The notes beneath the pieces were generated by a model, which was not told where the DNA came from, ran no database searches, and saw only the letters and a program-made list of their open reading frames with translations. 10,883 bases of DNA from Polyangiales bacterium (lineage in GTDB: Bacteria; Myxococcota_A; Polyangia; Polyangiales; Houyiibacteriaceae), in assembly GCA_045106895.1 (NCBI GenBank), contig JBGCFM010000214.1:1-10883 (forward strand). The letters are read 5' to 3'. A program made the translations under genes and the position numbers. This document shows, one piece after another, positions 6,797-10,883 of this stretch. Every line of letters starts with the position of its first letter. Positions within the stretch are counted from its first letter, which is position 1.

Positions 6797-8409
6797 CTTC
6801 GAAGGACCTGCAACGCCCCCTGGAGAGCCGCCCGCGTGCGTGCATCGGAATCCGTCGGCAGCTGAACCTCGATGAGCGTCGTGCCCTTCGTTCGAAACCC
6901 TTGTCGCAGCTCTTTGTCGAGTGACGCGACATCGCGCGGGCATGCGTAGTGCGCGCCGAACGCTGCTGCAGCTTTGTCAAAGCTGGCGGTGTGCTTGGTG
7001 GCGAAGTGCTCTTCGAAGATCTCGCGTTCGATGTCCTCAGAAACAGGGAGACGCTCGAAGATCCGGCCACCTTGGTCGTTGAGGACCACGACAACGAGAG
7101 TCGCGCCGGGGGGCGTGAGAGCGAGGCTCTTGATGTCGTGAAGGAGGCTGACGTCACCGAGCATGAGGCCGACGGGGTAGCCCGCGGCGGACGCACCGGC
7201 GGCACCCGCGACGAGGCCGTCGATTCCCGAGAGCCCGCGCTGATGCAAAACACCTGGAGCGCGCCGTGAACCAAAGAGATCGAGGTGACGAATCGACAGG
7301 CTGTTGCCGGCCATCAAGAGACCATCTCTTGGGACGGCTTCGCTGAAGAGCCGGGCGACGCTTGCGTGACCTAAGGTCTCGCGCTCTACGTTGCCGAGGA
7401 CTTCTGCCACGTTCTCCGAGAGCTCAGCGCACCAGGGAGCGCGGTCCCTGAGTCCGTTTGCCAGGCGCGTCACGAAATCATGGAGCGCGCCGAAGGCGAT
7501 GAGGTCCGCGTTGGAGCCGGGGTCGTACCAAGGACCGGGCGTGATGACGATGCGCTTGCGCTGCGATGACCAGGCTTCCCAGCCGCTGTCGATGGGCGGA
7601 CGACCGAGCTGGAGGATCACATCGGGATCAAAGCTGTCGAGGAAGGGGAGGCCGTGAAGCTGACTTGTGAGGTCGGCGAGAATCGGTGCACCGAGGCACT
7701 CCGCGAGGCGCCGCGTTGGCGCTCGCAATCCGCGCTGCGCAAGGCTCGCTGGGCCCGCGACGATGGCGGGGCGCTCTCCGCGGGCGAGGACCTCGCCGAT
7801 GGCGTCGAGCGCGTTATCACTGGCAGCTCCGCCTTCGGGGACAAACACGCGGGGCTGGGGGAAGAGGGGCGCGTCACTGCGCCCTTCGAGGGGTTTCCGA
7901 AGCGGGACGTTAATGTGCACGGGACCAGCGTGCGGGAAGGTGGCGTCCAGCATGACCTTTCGGCACCGCCGAATGACGCCGCGCAACGCCGCGTCGCTAT
8001 CGGTAGCGGTGCCCAGGTCAAGGAACGTTCGCACGTGTCCGCCGAAGAGCCGCGTCTGGTCGGTGGTCTGGTTCGCGCCGCTGCCCTGGAGCTCGGGCGG
8101 ACGGTCGGAGCTGACGACCACAAGCGGCTGCGAGTCCGCCGACGCCTCCATGACGGCGGGCAGGTAATGACCCGCGGCGCTGCCGGATGTGCAGAGGAGC
8201 GCCACGGGTTTCCCCGTCGCACGAACGAGACCCAGCGCGAAGAACGCCGCACAGCGTTCGTCGATGATCGTGTGGAGCGATAGGCCGGCATCCAGCGACG
8301 CGAGAACGAGCGGCGTGGAACGAGACCCAGGGCTGGCGACAACCTGCTCACACCCTCCAGAACGGAGGGTGTCCATGATGGCTCGAGCCCATGGGATCTG
8401 TGGGTTCAT
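6793..8409 (-). CDS. menD: SEPHCHC synthase, ThDP-dependent (538 aa)
   Basis: SPGSRSTPL, IDERCAAFFALG, CTSG, DRPPEL..GANQT, GPVHIN, GNSLSIR, RGLSGIDG and GDVSLLHD..NDQGGRIF. Confidence 0.97.
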   Translation of the reverse strand: MNPQIPWARAIMDTLRSGGCEQVVASPGSRSTPLVLASLDAGLSLHTIIDERCAAFFALGLVRATGKPVALLCTSGSAAGHYLPAVMEASADSQPLVVVSSDRPPELQGSGANQTTDQTRLFGGHVRTFLDLGTATDSDAALRGVIRRCRKVMLDATFPHAGPVHINVPLRKPLEGRSDAPLFPQPRVFVPEGGAASDNALDAIGEVLARGERPAIVAGPASLAQRGLRAPTRRLAECLGAPILADLTSQLHGLPFLDSFDPDVILQLGRPPIDSGWEAWSSQRKRIVITPGPWYDPGSNADLIAFGALHDFVTRLANGLRDRAPWCAELSENVAEVLGNVERETLGHASVARLFSEAVPRDGLLMAGNSLSIRHLDLFGSRRAPGVLHQRGLSGIDGLVAGAAGASAAGYPVGLMLGDVSLLHDIKSLALTPPGATLVVVVLNDQGGRIFERLPVSEDIEREIFEEHFATKHTASFDKAAAAFGAHYACPRDVASLDKELRQGFRTKGTTLIEVQLPTDSDARTRAALQGALQVLRR

Positions 8410-8421
8410 GTTGGTCCGGAG

Positions 8422-9789
8422 CTAGTTCTCGGAAGACTTTTTGCTTCGTGGCTTTTCGGCGCCGAGGGCACCCAAGAAAGCCTCGAGCTTCAGTTCGCTC
8501 TCCTGATACTCCAGGTCGGCCTTCGAGTCTTGCACGATTCCGCCGCCGGCGTACGCCGTCGCGCGCTCTTCTTCGACGATACCGCATCGGAGAGCCACGC
8601 TGAACTCGCCCTCGCCGGCGGCGTCGAAGCTGCCGATGGGGGACGCGTACCAGCCACGCGGAGATTCGTTGGTTCGAATGTGCTCGACGGCTGCCGCGCG
8701 CGGGACACCACCAACCGCCGGCGTTGGGTGAAGCGACTCGACGAGGGAGAGGATATGAGCGTCGTCTTTGAGATCCCCTTCGATGGGCGTCTCAAGGTGA
8801 AGCACGTTTGCGAGTTCCCGCACCACAACACCCGAGTCCGGGCTGAGGTCCACGGAGTCGCGAAGAGAATCGTGGATGGCGTCGACGACGAGGCGGTGCT
8901 CCCACGCGTCCTTCTTGGAGGCGATGAGCTCCTCACGCTTGCCGTGAGGAACCGTGCCTGCGAGCGCGACTGTTTCGACGTGCTGCCCTTGTCGGCGCAC
9001 GAGGCGTTCCGGCGTCGCTCCAACGAAGGTTCGTTGGTCGATGCGAAACGCGAAGCGAGTGCACGCGGGGAAGCGCTCGCGGAATGCGAGGAGTGGGACG
9101 AGGTCGTCGATGGGCGCTTCGAGGTCTACTTCGAGTCGACGTGCGGCGACGACCTTCTCGTAGCGTCCAGACTCGATGTCCGTGCGCAGCAAGTCGATTC
9201 GCTCGTGGTACTTCTCTGGCGACTCCGTCTCGCGTCGTTGGTACGATGCGGCGCTCGGCGGCTCGTGGTTCTTGGCGAGTCGCTCCAAGTAGTCTGCGTA
9301 TTCGCTCGGAGCGGCGTCCCCGAAGTCGCCCTTGGGGAGCGTCAGACGAAGCCAGGCCTGGCCTTCACTACATCCGTAGAGCCATCGCGGCATCACGAAG
9401 AGTGCGTCGCCAAAGGCCTCCCAGAGTGTGTCGTCGGCGGCCCCCTCGTTGAAGGCAAAGCCGCCATAGAAGCGCGGCGGAGGAGCGAAGACCTTCGGGG
9501 AATCAAGGCGCTTGATGCCTCGAAAGACATCGTCGGCGAGCTCTTGGATTCGCTCGAAGCGGCCTGGGCCGCTGGCACGCAACTCGACGCCTACACCGAG
9601 GCCCGCGACGCCGTCTTCGCCGGAGGCGAGCAGCAGAGCGCGCGGGTCAGCGCCGCCGCGAAGCAGGTTCTCCGGAAGGCACACGGGCGCAGGGAGAGTG
9701 ATCACACGAAGCGAATCCACCGGCAGTTTGGCGATGGCGCTTTCCAGGAACGGAGGCTGTTTCCGCTGATGTGCATACAAGCCGCTCAT
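8422..9789 (-). CDS. menF: Isochorismate synthase (455 aa)
   Basis: KVVAAR, GATPERL, ALAGT, EH, LHPTPAVGG, RGWY, VALR, YAGGGIV and ESELK. The true start is ATG 9789 (GGGAG upstream, overlaps the menG stop); it lies directly upstream of menD. Confidence 0.93.
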   Translation of the reverse strand: MSGLYAHQRKQPPFLESAIAKLPVDSLRVITLPAPVCLPENLLRGGADPRALLLASGEDGVAGLGVGVELRASGPGRFERIQELADDVFRGIKRLDSPKVFAPPPRFYGGFAFNEGAADDTLWEAFGDALFVMPRWLYGCSEGQAWLRLTLPKGDFGDAAPSEYADYLERLAKNHEPPSAASYQRRETESPEKYHERIDLLRTDIESGRYEKVVAARRLEVDLEAPIDDLVPLLAFRERFPACTRFAFRIDQRTFVGATPERLVRRQGQHVETVALAGTVPHGKREELIASKKDAWEHRLVVDAIHDSLRDSVDLSPDSGVVVRELANVLHLETPIEGDLKDDAHILSLVESLHPTPAVGGVPRAAAVEHIRTNESPRGWYASPIGSFDAAGEGEFSVALRCGIVEEERATAYAGGGIVQDSKADLEYQESELKLEAFLGALGAEKPRSKKSSEN

Positions 9790-10484
9790 CGTGATCTCCC
9801 GACGTAAAGGTTGGCCGCGCCGAAGGTGAGTCGACGAACTTCGACGTCTCGAACTCCGGATTTCTGCATGAGCGCCGCAAAGGCCGGCGCGCTTGGGAAC
9901 GCCGCGATGGACTCTTGCAGGTAGCGGTACTCCGCTTGCCCTGACACGAGCGCGCCGATGCGTGGAACGACGTGGTGAACGTGAAAGCGAGCCAAGGGGC
10001 CGATGAGAGTCCCGTCGGGCTCGCCGAGTTCCAGGATCACGATGCGTCCGCCTGGGCGAACGACGCGGACCATCTCCCGGAGCGCGAGCTCTCGGTCTGG
10101 AACGTTGCGAATGCCAAAGGCCATGGAGCAAGCATCGAACTCGTTCTCTCCGTAAGGCAGCGCTTGAGCGTCGCCTTCGTCGAGGGTGACGCGGGCGCGG
10201 CTCTTTTTGACCTTGGCGCGCCCGACGCTGAGCATATTCGGCGAGGGGTCGCTTCCGACGACGCTGACGCTGGCGGACTCGGCGATTTGCAGCGCGAGGT
10301 CTGCGGTCCCCGTGGCGAGGTCGAGGACGTGGTCCCCGGTTTCGAGTTCGAGGGCGTCGACGGCGTCACGGCGCCAGCCTTGGTCGATGCCGAGGGAAAG
10401 CACCCGGTTGAGGACATCGTATCGCTCTGCGATGGCGTCGAACATCGAGCCGCTGCCGAGACGTGTTGGATTGGACTGAGTCAT
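9786..10484 (-). CDS. menG: Demethylmenaquinone methyltransferase, UbiE/MenG family (232 aa)
   Basis: MFDAIAERYDVLNRVLSLGIDQGWRR, SAM motif VLDLATGTAD, AFGIRNV, RVVRPGG and YRYLQESI. Confidence 0.95.
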   Translation of the reverse strand: MTQSNPTRLGSGSMFDAIAERYDVLNRVLSLGIDQGWRRDAVDALELETGDHVLDLATGTADLALQIAESASVSVVGSDPSPNMLSVGRAKVKKSRARVTLDEGDAQALPYGENEFDACSMAFGIRNVPDRELALREMVRVVRPGGRIVILELGEPDGTLIGPLARFHVHHVVPRIGALVSGQAEYRYLQESIAAFPSAPAFAALMQKSGVRDVEVRRLTFGAANLYVGRSR

Positions 10485-10486
10485 GG

Positions 10487-10883
10487 CTATCGCTCCCGGC
10501 TGACGCAGGCTTCTGCGACGGTGAGAAGGGCAGAACGAGCTTCGGAGTCTTCGAAGGAGGCGAGGGAGTCGACGGCCTTGCTGGCGTGCTCTCGCGCGAG
10601 GTCGCGTGTCGCCGCGAGGGCGCCCGTCGCCTCGAGGGCTTCGCTGAGGATGGAGCGCGCGGCGGGGGTCACGACACTGTCGGCGTCGAGGCCCAGGGCC
10701 AGAATCTCACGGACGCGTGGGTCTCTGTCCCGCGCGAGAAGCAGAGGGTGCGTCATCTTGCCTTCGCGGAGGTCGGCGAAGAGACCCTTGCCGGTCTTGG
10801 ATTCGTCACCGGTGTAGTCGGGGAGGTCGTCGACGAGCTGAAAGGCGACGCCGAGGTGCTTGCCGTAGGTCTCCAGCTCTCGT
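10487..10883 (-). CDS. Long-chain trans-polyprenyl diphosphate synthase (IspB/HepT-like), C-terminal part only
   Basis: The frame is open to the right edge: RELETYGKHLGVAFQLVDDLPDYTGDESKTGKGLFADLREGKMTHPLL..R. This contains the second Asp-rich motif plus the GK and DLREGK motifs. Stop TAG at 10487-10489. Confidence 0.93.
   Translation of the reverse strand, partial: RELETYGKHLGVAFQLVDDLPDYTGDESKTGKGLFADLREGKMTHPLLLARDRDPRVREILALGLDADSVVTPAARSILSEALEATGALAATRDLAREHASKAVDSLASFEDSEARSALLTVAEACVSRER

Noticed and set aside
6797..6943. N-terminal extension of MenH
   Set aside because: It lies within the menD 3' end; hydrolase homology begins at GTG 6796.
2993..9789. Siderophore or NRPS cluster interpretation (isochorismate synthase, adenylation enzyme, hydrolase)
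   Set aside because: MenD, MenC, MenA and MenG identify menaquinone synthesis; there are no carrier or condensation domains.
8530..9807. 425-aa plus-strand ORF
   Set aside because: Antisense shadow of menF with no recognisable motifs; expected from GC-rich codon bias.
9790..10131. Arg-rich N-terminal extension of MenF in the ORF track (apparent fusion)
   Set aside because: It overlaps menG in another frame; the true start is ATG 9789 with an SD and an ATGA overlap.
1..10883. CRISPR arrays, tRNA/rRNA, IS elements, riboswitches
   Set aside because: The window is almost fully coding and the longest intergenic gap is 99 bp; no repeat arrays, transposase motifs or RNA-gene signatures were seen by eye.

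Overview
GC-rich bacterial window (lineage not determinable here; a myxobacterium or similar is only a guess). Most of it is one tightly coupled minus-strand operon for the classical (OSB) menaquinone pathway: polyprenyl diphosphate synthase (5'-truncated), menG/ubiE, menF, menD, menH, menA, menC, menE, then an uncharacterised 310-aa gene that overlaps the menE stop (ATGA). That last protein carries GNAT-like acyl-CoA-binding motifs and is the best candidate for new biology. menB and menI are absent from the visible part of the operon. The left end has a divergent pair: a SulP/SLC26 anion transporter (3'-truncated, missed by the ORF track) and a single-domain parvulin PPIase. Their 99-bp spacer holds two mirror-symmetric promoter-like motifs. 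No RNA genes, mobile elements or CRISPR arrays were seen.
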